A stretch of 51,606 nucleotides of DNA, taken from NCBI GenBank assembly GCA_964016885.1, contig CAXHJY010000564.1:1-51606 (forward strand), written 5' to 3'. Shown piece after piece: positions 27,022 to 42,136 of the stretch. Within the stretch, counting starts at the first letter, position 1. Each line of letters starts with the position of its first letter. The notes beneath the pieces were generated by a model. That model saw only the letters and a list, made by a program, of their open reading frames with translations. It was not told the origin of the DNA and did not search any database. Origin of the DNA: Eledone cirrhosa (taxonomy: Eukaryota). The translations under genes and the position numbers were made by a program.

Positions 27022-28772
27022 GTTGGTGGTGGTGGTGGTGTTGATGGTAGTGTTGTTGTTGTTGGTGTTCTTGTCGTTGTAATTGCTACTGTTGTTTTGT
27101 TATTGTTGTTGTTGTAATAGTTGTTGTTGATATTATTGTAACTAGTGTTGTTATTGTTGTTGTTATTGTAGTAACTAGTGTTGTTATTGTTGTTGTTATT
27201 GTAGTAACTAGTGTTGTTATTGTTGTTGTTATTGTAGTAACTAGTGTTGTTATTGTTGTTGTTATTGTAGTAACTAGTGTTGTTATTGTTGTTGTTATTG
27301 TAGTAACTAGTGTTGTTATTGTTGTTGTTATTGTAGCTGTTGTTGTAGTAACTATTGTTTTACTGTTGTTGTTAGTGTTGTTGTTGTTGTAACTATTGTT
27401 GTTACTGTTGTTGTTAGTGTTGTTGTTGTTGTAACTATTGTTGTTACTGTTGTTGTTGTTGCTGTTGTAACTATTGTTGTTACTGTTGTTGTTAGTGTTG
27501 TTGTTGTTGTGACTATTGTTGTTACTGTTGTTGTTAGTGTTGTTGTTGTAACTATTGTTGTTACTGTTGTTGTTGTTGTTGTAACTATTGTTTTTACTGT
27601 TGTTGTTAGTGTTGTTGTTGTAACTATTGTTTTTATTGTTGTTGTTAGTGTTGTTGTTGTAATCGTAGTTGTTGTCACTGTTGTTGTTGCGTTGTTGTTG
27701 TTGTTGTTGTTAAGATAAAAGTTATCTATGATGGAGTAAGCACCTGACTGTAGGATTATGATCTGAGGAAGTTGGGCAGTCATTTCTAACAGGCCTAGTG
27801 ACCACATACAGGGACCTTCGTTGGCTGAAGTATTGTGGTGTTGGTGTTGGTGGTGGTGTTAGTGTTGGTGGTGGTGTTTTTTGTGGTAATGGTGGTGTTG
27901 TTGTTGGTGGTGTTTTTTGTGGTAATGGTGGTGTTGTTGTTGGTGGTGGTGTTTTTTGTGGTAATGGTGGTGTTGTTGTTGGTGGTGTTTTTGTGGTAAT
28001 GGTGGTGTTGTTGCTGGTGGTGTTTTTGTGGTAATGGTGGTGTTGTTGTTGGTGTTTTTGTGGTAATGGTGGTGTTGTTGTTGTTGGTGTTTTTTGTGGT
28101 AATGGTGGTGATGTTGATGGTGGTGTTTTTTGTGGTAATGGTGGTGTTGTTGTTGGTGGTGTTTTTGTGGTAATGGTGGTGTTGTTGCTGGTGGTGTTTT
28201 TTGTGGTAATGGTGGTGTTGTTGTTGGTGGTGTTTTTTGTGGTAATGGTGGTAATGTTGTTGGTGGTGTTTTTGTGGTAATGGTGGTGGTGTTGTTGTTG
28301 GTGTTTTTGTGGTAATGGTGGTGTTGTTGTTGGTGGTGTTTTTTGTGGTAATGGTGGTGATGTTGTTGGTGTTTTTGTGGTAATGGTGGTGTTGTTGTTG
28401 GTGGTGTTTTTTGTGGTAATGGTGGTGTTGTTGTTGGTGGTGTTTTTGTGGTAATGGTGGTGTTGTTGTTGGTGGTGTTTTTTGTGGTAATGGTGGTGAT
28501 GTTGTTGGTGGTGTTTTTTGTAGTAATGGTGGTGTTGTTGTTGGTGGTGTTTTTTGTGGTAATGGTGGTGTTGTTGTTGGTGGTGTTTTTTGTGGTAATG
28601 GTGGTGATGTTGTTGGTGTTTTTGTGGTAATGGTGGTGTTGTTGTTGGTGGTGTTTTTTGTGGTAATGGTGGTGATGTTGTTGGTGGTGTTTTTGTGGTA
28701 ATGGTGGTGTTGTTGTTGGTGGTGTTTTTTGTAGTAATGATGGTGATTTTTTGTAGTAATGGTGGTGGTGGT
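26340..28772. repeat. (GTT/GGT)n region including a ~30-bp array at 27135-27335 and a ~33-bp array at 27865-28760
   Basis: Directly visible. A 67-bp unique segment is duplicated at 26419-26486 and 26922-26989. Confidence 0.9.
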
Positions 28773-29147
28773 GTCGATAGTTGAGTTTAAAGAATTTTGA
28801 TAGAGAAAAAAAAAAGAACAAAAAACAAAACAACAAAAAAATATCGGCCAATTTGGAAATTGAAATCGTTTTGTTTACGTTATTGTCAAAGCTGGTATTT
28901 AGAGGCAGGGAGAGGAAGAGTGGTGGTGGGAGGAGGGAGGAGGATAAGAGATATGTTGGAGTAGGAGGGGGAGAGTAAGTTCATTGCACAGCAACATACG
29001 GAGAGGTTTTTTTAGTGCAGGGATGAATGGTAGATGATGTATATACACACACATACATATATATTCATACACATACACACTTGAACATAATCTCTCACAT
29101 AATCATGCCTTTAACAAATCATGCTTTTAACAACACACACACACACA

Positions 29148-29203
<56 letters not shown>

Positions 29204-29207
29204 AATA

Positions 29208-29241
<34 letters not shown>

Positions 29242-29264
29242 GGTGGGTATGAAAGAATGTGGGT

Positions 29265-29322
<58 letters not shown>

Positions 29323-29741
29323 TTGTGTGTGTGTATATGGATGTGTTTGTGCGAGGGGTCTAGCAGAAAATGCATACAGTTACATAAGACGAACGACAGT
29401 TGCATATTTTCCTCATCAGCCACCTTGCGAAAAGAGCGGTTTCGCGTCTTAAGGTGGTACCACGAATCGGTCGGTGAGAGGCCTGTAAGACGATGACAAA
29501 CACAGGAGAGGAAAATTTACGGTTGTTTTTTTTGGAGAAGAGAAGAGATGGCATGGTAGTATGGTCCCGTAACTTTTGTGGTGGCATAGGGTGTTTCTTA
29601 GGCATTTTAAATCTAAGTGGGCCCCATCCCTCTCCAGCTGATCACAGCAGATTTCTTCTAGAGAAATATAGAAAACGAGAGAGAGTGAGAAAGAGATATA
29701 CAGGCAGAAAAGACCCCAGAAAAGACCCAATAGACTGGTAT

Positions 29742-30116
29742 GTTTTTTTATCGACCTTGAAAGGATGAAAGTCAAAGTTGGACTCACTGGGATTTGAACT
29801 GTGAGAGCAAGGAACCAGAACAAACACTGTAATGTATTATATCCGACGTTCTAACGACTCTGCCGATTCGTCACCCCCTGTAGAATATTTTAATAAGTGA
29901 CAACGAGGTTCGAATCCAGGGTGCAGAGAGACAAAACGAATACCGCAAAGCATTATATCCGCCGATGTCCTCACGACTTCACCAATTCATCACCGTCTGT
30001 AGAAATAATTTAACAAGTGACAACTGGATTTGAAAACCAGAGTACAAAAAGCCGGAACGAATATCGCAAAGTATTCTATCCGCCTACGTTCTCATCGCTT
30101 TGCCAATTCGTTGCCT
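29742..30116 (-). mobile_element. Octopus-type SINE with two extra degenerate tRNA-like heads in tandem
   Basis: Body tatcgacc..aaggatgaaagtcaaagtt at 29748; head motif gatttgaa...tatccg..gttctaacgac...aattc repeated near 29790-29878, 29905-29995 and 30025-30115. Confidence 0.65.
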
Positions 30117-30387
30117 AAAAAGGCAAAATAAATACGTGAAAGTTTGTGACTAAAACTAAATAGATAACACACATTTCATGTATATATATATATATATATA
30201 TATATGCAACAGGAGACGCTGTGTTAGACTTTAACAGAAATCTAAACAGCACAGACAAAATAAAGGAAAGTAAAAAAAATCAGTGGAATTGATTCCAAAA
30301 TGGAGAACAAGAGAAAACCCTGATCACGGCATTGCAAGAAATTTCTAGTAGAAACGCTGTTCAGATTAGAAGAAAAATATTCAGAAG

Positions 30388-30452
30388 CCAAGTACGAAAT
30401 TTGTAGAAAAACAAAACAGATTTCTACAAATTTCATACTTGACGACCCACTA
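30388..30452. mobile_element. MITE-like TIR element, same family as 7783 and 9671
   Basis: caagtacgaaatttgtaga ... tctacaaatttcatacttgacgaccc. Confidence 0.7.
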
Positions 30453-30465
30453 TATATATAATATA

Positions 30466-30620
30466 TATAATGGTTCAGAGCGACTAGCCGGTATTAGGGA
30501 GATACGAGGTTCGATTCCTCGTAGCGGCCGATGTCAACCCCTTTTTTCCGACTTTAAGGGTCTTCACCCAACCCAATTTTCATGAGATATTTCTTACAGT
30601 ATTTTCACGCATGATCATAC

Positions 30621-30626
<6 letters not shown>
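30466..30626 (+). mobile_element. tRNA-derived short element in (TA)n
   Basis: A-box-like taatggttcagagc, T-arm acgagg-ttcgatt-cctcgt, T6 run at 30542. No acceptor stem found. Confidence 0.55.
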
Positions 30627-30666
<40 letters not shown>

Positions 30667-30697
30667 ATATATAGTATTATATTTCTTATGTTTATAT

Positions 30698-30774
<77 letters not shown>

Positions 30775-30872
30775 CATAAGAAATATAATACTATATATAC
30801 AAATATATATATATATTTATATATACATATATATATATATATAAATATATACATATATATATATATATATAA

Positions 30873-30912
<40 letters not shown>

Positions 30913-31223
30913 TATACACATACACGCATACACATATACATACGTATAGGGGCATCAACACGATCTATGTATATGTATGGTACGGTTGTGTATACGCATG
31001 CAATTATGTATCGATGTATTTTATTTGCGCACAAATTATATATAATACATACACACACATACATGTATATATATCCATATATATATACATATATATAGAT
31101 ATATATATACATATATATATACATTTATATATACATATATATATACATTTATATATACATATATATATACATTTATATATATATACATATATATATACAT
31201 ATATATACATATATATATACATT

Positions 31224-31257
<34 letters not shown>

Positions 31258-31368
31258 CATTTACATATATATATATATACATTTAAATATATATATATAT
31301 ACATATATATACATATATATGAATATATATATGTATATATATATAAATGTATATATATATAAATATAC

Positions 31369-31401
<33 letters not shown>

Positions 31402-31422
31402 TATAAATGTATATATATATAA

Positions 31423-31475
<53 letters not shown>

Positions 31476-31546
31476 CATATATATGTACATATATATAAGA
31501 ATATATATATACATATATATGTGCATATATATATATATAAGTTTAT

Positions 31547-31638
<92 letters not shown>

Positions 31639-31989
31639 AGATACCACAAGGCAGGTTATAGGTGTTAAATTAAGAAAAGCCAGTGTGTCGGATGCTGTTT
31701 GTTGTCATGGAGATAATATAACGAAGTAAGTCACGCCTCCGAGCAAAAGACAACTCAGGGGGAAATTGAAGAAATAGAAAAAAAAAGATATCACATACAC
31801 ATATAGATATACATATACAAAGATATATACATACACATAGATATATACACGTATCTAGAGCTATCTATGTGTCTATTTACCTATATGTCTGTTTGTCTGA
31901 CTGTCTGTCTGTATGTTTGTTTGTCTGTCTGTCTGTCTGTTTGTCTATCTATCTATCTATCTATCTATTTGTCTCTCTCCCTCTCTCTT

Positions 31990-32075
<86 letters not shown>

Positions 32076-32092
32076 TGTGTGTCTGTGTGCGT

Positions 32093-32134
<42 letters not shown>

Positions 32135-32190
32135 ACGCACACACACACACACAGACACACACACACACACACATATATATATACACACAA

Positions 32191-32240
<50 letters not shown>

Positions 32241-32962
32241 CGTCTATCTCTTCCTACATACCTTCGTCCCTACATATCTACCTGCCCACGGATCACACAC
32301 ACACACACACATACACACACACACACACACGCACACACACACACACACACATACATACACACACACACACGTACAAACACACACACACACACAGTCACAC
32401 ACACCTACACACACACAGAGAAACGTGTGTGCTACTTACTTATATTATATCTGCAGGTGAAAGGCGGAGGCTATTGGTTTTTGTAACAGCGGCCTCCTGG
32501 TCACAATCGGTGTGTCGAACAAATAGCCTCCAGTGTGTGTGATGTGGTTTATCTCGCTTCTTGTCACGAATGTCTTAAGGCGAAATATATGATGTATCTT
32601 AAAAGCTAGGACGATCCTACACATTTCTCCACACTCACACACACACACACACACGCACACAATCAATCACACACACTTATACACACACACATACATAGAT
32701 ATATACACACACACGCAATCATACACACTCATGTATATATATATATATATATGTATGTATAGATATATATTTAGACATTATATATATATATATGAATGTG
32801 TATGATATATATATGTAATACACACACACACACATACACACACACACACATACATAGATATATACACACACACGCAATAATACACACTCATGTATATATA
32901 TATATATATATATTTAGACATTATATATATATATATGAATGTGTATGATATATATATGTAAT

Positions 32963-32993
<31 letters not shown>

Positions 32994-33052
32994 GGCTCAT
33001 ATACACACACATACATTCATATATATATATATATAAATGTACACATACACAA

Positions 33053-33083
<31 letters not shown>

Positions 33084-33743
33084 CACACGTACACATACAC
33101 ACACATACATAGTTAAACTCAGAAAGAAGCAATTTCTGCCTACCAGTGATCATGAACTACATTTGATCGAAACGACCAAATCGATGATGATGATGGTGAT
33201 GGTGATGATGGCGATGGTGGTGGTGGTGGTGGTGGTGGTGATGGTGGTGATGGTGGTGGTGATGATGGTGGTGGTGATGATGATGATGGTGATGATGGTG
33301 GTGATGATGGTGATGATGGTGATGATGGTGGTGATGATGGTGGTGGTGGTGGTGATGGTGGTGATGGTGATGATGGTGGTGATGCTGGTGGTGGTGGTGG
33401 TGATGGTGATGGTGGTGCTGGTGATGATGGTGATGATGGTGATGGTGGTGGTGATGGTGGTGGTGATGGTGATGATGGTGATGGTGATGATCGTGATGGT
33501 GATGGTGGTGATGATGGTAACGATGATGATGGTGGTGATGTTGGTGATGGTGGTGATGGTGGTGAGGAGGTGGGGGAAAGATACACGAAGAAGAGGATGT
33601 TGTTGATGCTACTGCTGCTGCTGCTTATGATGATGATGATGGTGATGATGGTGATGGTGATGATATATGATGATGATGATGATGATATGAGCAATATTGA
33701 AAAATAGCATTGTATATTTCGATACACACGGTGTTGTATCTGA

Positions 33744-33806
<63 letters not shown>

Positions 33807-33880
33807 GATATATATATATACATATATATTTACATATATACATACATATATATATATATACATATATATATACATATATA

Positions 33881-34090
33881 TAGGAAAAAGTATGACCCGG
33901 ACGGCAGAGCTCAAGCCGTTTCGACGGCTATTTCTGGACTCAGAGTAGCCGTCCAGAAATAGCCGTCGAAACGGCTTCAGCTCTGCCGTCGGGGGTCATA
34001 CTTTTTCCTATTTCCCACACTACTCCCCTAAATATTGAGTACTCTGGTGCGTTATGGTCCATCTGGTTCCTTACCACAATTCTTTTGTTA
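33881..34090 (+). mobile_element. Family A fold-back element (subfamily ggaaaaagtatg)
   Basis: Arm ends ggaaaaagtatgacc and ggtcatactttttcc, followed by the family A tail. Confidence 0.85.
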
Positions 34091-34102
34091 TATATATATA
34101 TT

Positions 34103-34508
<406 letters not shown>

Positions 34509-34633
34509 CCACACATACACATATATATATATCAGAAAATCATTTGCCACTAATATACTTGGACATCTCATGTCTAGACGTCTCTCTCTCTAGCTTGTAT
34601 TCCCTGCAGTGGAGATTTTGGCATCAGTTAAAC

Positions 34634-34666
<33 letters not shown>

Positions 34667-34679
34667 GTATATATATATA

Positions 34680-34739
<60 letters not shown>

Positions 34740-34874
34740 TATATGTATATATATATGTATATGTATATGTATATATATATAGTACTTCCATTTATATTGA
34801 CTTGTTTCACTGTAAATATACATCGTATATTTTATAGGACGAGTTAAGTATAATAACTAATTGTATATGTATAT

Positions 34875-34955
<81 letters not shown>

Positions 34956-34968
34956 TTTTTTTTTTATA

Positions 34969-35068
<100 letters not shown>

Positions 35069-35314
35069 GGAGGTGAGTTTTATTGTAGTACAATAAAGCA
35101 ATGCAGGTATCGGATAAGAAGCACTCTACAGTTTGTAGGACTGGAGTATATATAATATATAAGATCAAAAGATGGTTAAATGAGTTCCCTGTATTTTATT
35201 ATGCGCATTTCAAAAACAAATATCATCATGCAATAACATTTGTGTTTTCATCAGATAAAATAGGAGGACATGATATGAAGGTTAAAAACACTTGTGGATA
35301 GTGCAGTTTTAAAT

Positions 35315-35356
<42 letters not shown>

Positions 35357-35358
<2 letters not shown>

Positions 35359-35718
35359 AAAATTAAGATAAATCAAATGAATTTAATCTAAATCAAAATT
35401 ATGGGTGTCATGCCAGAAAGACATGCGCCATATCACCCGCAAAATAAGCTCTCAGATTCTAACGAGTAGGTCCGAGCATTTTATAATAACTAGAAATTGA
35501 TTAACATATAAATAAATATGAATAATCATAGGAGATAATTTTTACAAGTGTGTAACCACACAAAGCTAGGTAGGTAACTAAATAAAGTTGACCATAACTT
35601 CAAAAATAGATACTTTATTTAGTTACCTACCTAGCTATGTGTGGTTACACACTTGTAAAAATTATCTCCTATGATTATTCATGTTTATTTATATGTTAAT
35701 CAATTTCTAGTTATTATA
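35357..35718 (-). mobile_element. Fold-back insertion in (TA)n without a recognisable HHR
   Basis: Unique part 35357-35481; arms 35482-35588 and 35612-35718 with about 2 mismatches. Strand is inferred from the architecture only. Confidence 0.75.
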
Positions 35719-36304
35719 TATATATATATATATATAAACACACGCACGTATTTCTATATATCAGGTTGTAATGAAAGTTCTCTCCATTTTTTTATGCTGA
35801 ATGAAACAATACAAAACACAATACAGGATTTATTTATTTGTTAAAGTATTCACCATTCTCTTCTATGACCCCTCACCATCTATGAGCCCTCACCATCTGT
35901 CAATAAGCTTTTCAATGCCACGTGCATAAAATTCTTTACGTTTTGAACTACAATAGGAAACTAACTAATATTCGACTTCCCACGAAGTCGTAGTCCACTC
36001 AAATGATGTTGTAAACTTCTTAAGACATGGTCATCAGTTGGTGTATGATCTGGGGAATATTGTAGGTGAAGCATAATTTCCCAAGCATATTTTTTCTAGG
36101 ATATCTTTGGTCTTTTGTGCAGTGTGAGGTCTGGTGTTATCATGATGAAGGATGTCTCCGTTTCTGTTTGTTAATGATGACGTTTTTGTTGCAAAACTGC
36201 TTTCAAAAGTCTTAGTTGATGTCAACAGACCTCGACTGTTATTGTTTAGTTGACACCTAGCAGCTCGTGATGACTTATTCCCCACATATCCCACCACACA
36301 TTTA

Positions 36305-36500
36305 AAATAATGGTTTCTTATATAGGCACAAGGTCAGCAAATTACCCGAGTGCATTACTGGTACTTTATTTTATCGAGTCTCTAAGAATGAAATGCAAAG
36401 TTAACCTCGGTGGGATTTGAACTCAGATCATACAGGGCCGTAACTTTATGCTAAAAAGCATGGTGCCTGATGTTCTATCGATACTGCCAATCCACCAATA
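36305..36500 (-). mobile_element. SINE nested in the mariner
   Basis: Reverse complement of the family at 3365. Confidence 0.85.
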
Positions 36501-36599
36501 ATCTTCAGTGGATGCAGGCCACTTCTGGGCATCTGAGCTGGCTTTTCACCACGATGTCGCTTAATATCATGTCGCAAAATATCCATTTCTCATCTCTAA

Positions 36600-36820
36600 T
36601 AATGGTTTCTGATTTAGGCACAAGGACAGCAATATGAAGGGGTGGGGAAAATCGATTATTTGTCCCCAGTGTGTTACTGGTACTTTATTCTATCGACCCC
36701 ATAAGGATGAAATGCAAAGGTAACCTCGGCAGGATTTGAACTAAAGTCGTTAAAGGGCCATAACCCTATGCCATAAAGCATGTAGTCCGACGCTTTAACG
36801 ACATTGCTAATTCACCGTCC
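36600..36820 (-). mobile_element. Full-length SINE nested in the mariner, with a likely target-site duplication
   Basis: Flanks ttctcatctctaataatg (36587) and ttctcaactctaataatg (36821). Confidence 0.85.
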
Positions 36821-37489
36821 TTCTCAACTCTAATAATGACCCTGTCCAAAAGAAGAGTTTGCAACTCTCAAGAACGCAAAGACTCCCAGCATTCAACACG
36901 TCATTTGTGATTGCTTTACAGAGAGATCAAGCAAAACCTTTCACACTTTACCAAGCCTTTTTAAAACATTATGAATGGCGATATGGTTCATATTGACGTT
37001 CGTGCTTAGGGCCCGAACCGTAATGGTTGGGTTTGCATCAATAGCGGCTTCCAATGTATCAGAATCCCGCTCTTTTAAGCATCCTTCTCTTGATACATCC
37101 GTATTTCTAAATCGTGAAAACCATCCCCTATATGTTCTTTAAGTATCTATGTCATCTCCAGAAGAGTTTTGCAATGATTTTGCTGCTGCACTTGTTCTAA
37201 TGCGTCTTTGAAATTCATCAAGAATAACGTGACAAATGTGTACTTTACTTAAAGTGAACATGGCGCCGACACAACAGTTCCAGCAAAGATAAATTTGACA
37301 AATTCTGATCGAAAATGGAACATTTTACTGATTTCAACATTTTCCAAATATAATTGAGAAGTTAGACACCTTTAATCTAACTCGACATTTACTTAAAACA
37401 AAAAAATAAACGGATAGAACTTTCGTTACATGACACACACACGCACACACACGCGTACGCACACACCCACACACGCACCCCCCCCCCCC

Positions 37490-37550
<61 letters not shown>

Positions 37551-37557
<7 letters not shown>

Positions 37558-37868
37558 GTGAGGTTTTTTTTACAAAATGAAAAATAACCGAGGTGTCCTA
37601 CACGAGTGAAAGTATAAAGAAAAAGAGATGAAATCGAAAATGCAACTGGAGTCTTATTTTAAAAAAATATATATATATTTATTTGGTTCCTTTACCGGTT
37701 TCGCAGTTCTTCTGCTTTTTCTCAGAAAAACCACAGACCCTCCATCTCAACTCACCTTTTGAAAGGCAGAAGAACTGCGAAACCGGTAAAGGAACCAAAT
37801 AAATATATATATTAAAAAAAAAAATAAGACTCCAGTTGCATTTTCGATTTCATCTCTTTTTCTTTATA
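37551..37868 (-). mobile_element. Family E fold-back with an HHR variant
   Basis: Tail 37551-37612, arms 37613-37715 and 37766-37868. Minus strand reads CTGAGAA aaa gcag aagaa ctgc GAAA ccggta. Confidence 0.8.
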
Positions 37869-37992
37869 TATATATATATATATATATGTATATTAGTTTC
37901 ACAATAATAATAACAAAGGCAAGTTATTTTACATATTTCTTTCATTGTTTTACGATCGTTTCGGAGGGTTGGTCATCTTGATATATTGACTG

Positions 37993-38077
<85 letters not shown>

Positions 38078-38122
38078 GTGATAATAATAAATTTGATTCG
38101 TTGCTTAAACTTTAATCTGTTA

Positions 38123-38154
<32 letters not shown>

Positions 38155-38430
38155 CTTCGTTTTTGTATTTGTTTTGCAAGATTTCTTATCTGAAAATGTG
38201 TGTTGAAATAGATATTGCTGTACTTTGGGAGGGTCATATTGCCAATAAAAACACACGCACCTGTCGATTTTCACTTCAATTTATTATAGATTTGCGCTTG
38301 GTTGGTTCGATAACCGGTTGGTTATTTCTATATTGGAAAATGTCTTTTGTCACACATTCTGTGACCTCCTGACTGACTGGTTTGGTATTGCCTGTGTCTC
38401 TCCTTTGTTCTGTCCTACACCATCTTGTAT
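38155..38430 (-). mobile_element. Family C single-arm, diverged copy
   Basis: Collinear with 48706-49012; HHR core decayed. Confidence 0.8.
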
Positions 38431-38443
38431 GTGCGTGTGTGTA

Positions 38444-38513
<70 letters not shown>

Positions 38514-38653
38514 TGTATACATATATATATATATATACACATATATATATACATATATATGTATATATATATATATATACATATATAAATATGTATATAT
38601 ATATATGTGTGTGTGTGTGTGTCTGTAAGTGTGTATATCAAGCTTTATATATA

Positions 38654-38714
<61 letters not shown>

Positions 38715-38829
38715 AATATTTTATAATATTATTTATATATATATATCATAATATATAATATATTATAATATTATGTATATATTATAATATTATATATATA
38801 TACCATAATATATTAATATATTATAATAT

Positions 38830-38914
<85 letters not shown>

Positions 38915-39374
38915 ATATATATATATATTATTATACACAGACACACGTTTATATATATATATATATATATAGATATATATATATATATACGCACACACAC
39001 ATATATATATGTATCCATATATAATACAGTTCTGTGTCTGTGTGTATGATAGAGAAAAAGCCATTAAATGCTTGGAGTAGAAATGTGTCTGTGTGTCTGT
39101 ATGGTTTATAGAGATAAAGGATAGTCTATACATACAGACATATATATATATATATATATGGGTATGTTTATATATATATAAATATATATATATGTGTGTG
39201 TGTGTGTAAATATATATGTATGTATATATATATACCTGTATATACATATATATATATATATATATGTTATATATATATATATATATATATACATATTATA
39301 TATATATATATATACACAAAATACACATCACTCGCTCTATACATATATATATATATACTCAAAATATATATATA

Positions 39375-39435
39375 TAGGTAAAAGTATGACCCCGACGGCA
39401 GAGCTCAAGCCGTTTCGACGGCTATTTCTGGACTA
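39375..39435 (-). mobile_element. Family A isolated short (inverted) arm
   Basis: taggtaaaagtatgaccccgacggcagagctcaagccgtttcgacggctatttctggacta between TA tracts. Confidence 0.8.
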
Positions 39436-39510
39436 TATATGTATATATATATATTCATTCCTATTATATATTGAGTGTATATGCATATGAGTGTGCCAGT
39501 ATGCATGTGT

Positions 39511-39601
<91 letters not shown>

Positions 39602-39760
39602 TATATATATATATATATGAAAGTGTGTTTAAGCTAACACCGGTCAAAAATACCCGGTAATTCCGAAGAAAAAGCAAAGGAAAAAAGAGTACTCTATGTA
39701 TAGAACAGAGCTTGGTGTAGTTATATTTGGTGTTGTTCACTTTCTAATTATATATATATA

Positions 39761-39932
39761 TAGGAAAAAGTATGACCCCGACGGCAGTATGACCCAGAAA
39801 TAGCCGTCGAAACGGCTTGAGCTTTGCCGTGGGGGTCAGATTTTTTTCCTATTTCCCACTCTACTACCCTAAGTATTGAGTACTCTGGTGCGTTATGGTC
39901 CATCTAGTTCCTTACCACAATTTCCTTTGTTA
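39761..39932 (+). mobile_element. Family A element with shortened inverted arm
   Basis: Same right arm and tail as the copy at 33881. Confidence 0.8.
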
Positions 39933-39950
39933 TATATATATTATATATAA

Positions 39951-40206
39951 GCAAAAGGGATATTCAATTTGTTGGTAATTCAACAAATATAAATGTTTAT
40001 AACTGATTTAGAGCACTCAACATGTTTCTGGAGTATCCAGGGATAACTTGAACCGTTAAGGTATATTCTCCTTGGTTATGTCAAAATTTATAAAACACAC
40101 TTCGTATTTTATCTGATGTGAGCGTACCTAAATTTTGGTGCCCTTGAAATATATATAATAGAATAAATATGGTTTTATAAATATAGTTTCCATTTATTTA
40201 ATATCA
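39951..40206. mobile_element. Family B element (tail on -, HHR arm on +)
   Basis: Tail agcactcaacatgtttctggagta; HHR variant tattttat CTGATGT..ccctt GAAA tatatata at 40105-40165. Confidence 0.7.
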
Positions 40207-40207
40207 T

Positions 40208-40278
<71 letters not shown>

Positions 40279-40283
40279 TATAC

Positions 40284-40394
<111 letters not shown>

Positions 40395-40395
40395 T

Positions 40396-40427
<32 letters not shown>

Positions 40428-40526
40428 TAAAAGACCAATGAGTTTTTAAAAAGCGGTACATTGCAGTAGAAAATACGAAGCACAAACGATGGTAAATGAG
40501 ACAAAACAGTAATGTTTTAATAAGTG

Positions 40527-40622
<96 letters not shown>

Positions 40623-40710
40623 CATACATATATACGGAGACACGCACACAATATATATATACACATTATATATATATATATTGTATTTATATAAATGTAA
40701 ATACATACAC

Positions 40711-40757
<47 letters not shown>

Positions 40758-40791
40758 TATGTATATATATATATATATATATATGTGTGTT

Positions 40792-40833
<42 letters not shown>

Positions 40834-41413
40834 CACCTACAAACATATATCAAGATGTGGCACTGTCTTTGCGCCACCTCGTACTAGCTCCGCGCCACCA
40901 CCATCATCACCATCGCCATCATCACCATCGCCACCATCACTAGCACCACCATTATCATCATCATCATCGTCATCATCACCATCATCATCACCACCATCAC
41001 CACCATCACCACCATCACCATCACCACCATCACCACCATCACCATCACCACCACCACCACCACCACCACCAATATCACCACCATCACCATCACCATCACC
41101 ACCATCACCATCACCATCACCACCACCACCACCACCACCACCACCAATATCACCACCATCACCATCACCATCACCACCACCACCATCACCACCACCACCA
41201 CCACCACCACCAATATCACCATCATCACTAACGATACCAACACCACTACCACCACTACCAACATCTCTTACACTATCATTAACACCACCACCACCACCAC
41301 CACCACCACCGCCGCTACTACCACCTATACCATTAACACCAACATCAGCATCACCATCAATACTACACCCGTGACCATCACCATGGTTATCACCGCTGCC
41401 ACCACTAACATAA

Positions 41414-41470
<57 letters not shown>

Positions 41471-41495
41471 ACTCACACACACACACACACGTACT

Positions 41496-41529
<34 letters not shown>

Positions 41530-41655
41530 CAAGCACACAAGTACGCACACACACACACACGCACATACTACCCGCACTACTCAGGTTTAAAAGGATAGAG
41601 AGATGTAGAGAGGTGGAGAGAGAGAGAGAGAGAGAGAGAAAGAGACAGACAGAAG

Positions 41656-41697
<42 letters not shown>

Positions 41698-41782
41698 ACG
41701 AGAGAGAGAGAGAAAGAACACGAGAGAGAGAGAGAGCACGAGAGAGAGAGAGGGAGAGAGAGAAAGAGCACGAGAGAGAGAG

Positions 41783-41831
<49 letters not shown>

Positions 41832-41853
41832 GAGAGTGAGAGAGAGACAGAAC

Positions 41854-41893
<40 letters not shown>

Positions 41894-42136
41894 AGACAAG
41901 AGAGAGAGAGAGAGGAGTGACGCACAGACAGATGAAAACTGTACCGAATAACCCCATCGTTTTCGGCTACATTTATCTGAATTCAAGATGGCTACTGTCT
42001 CATTACACCCCAACCCCACTCCCACCCCACCACTTCAGCCAGCTACCCTCTTCTTCTCTCTTTCTGTTACTTTAACTCTCCATCCACGCCACCCGCCTCT
42101 ACATCTCGCTCTCTCTCTCTCTCTCTCTCTCCTACG

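Larger units (their letters stand above)
35761..37433 (-). mobile_element. Decayed mariner DNA transposon; transposase pseudogene about 37261 to 35834
   Basis: TIRs tcaggttgtaatgaaagttc and gaactttcgttaca, TA at 35759-35760. N-terminal HICHVILDEF..WFSRFR, LHHDNTRPHT, YSPD..P.D.H..RSLQ, and C-terminal EFYARGIEKL..RW..IEENGEYF. Many stops and frameshifts. Confidence 0.88.

Noticed and set aside
29400-29450. GAAAC...CTGATGA on the minus strand as a type II hammerhead
   Set aside because: No NUH triplet with a helix I pairing fits between the motifs.
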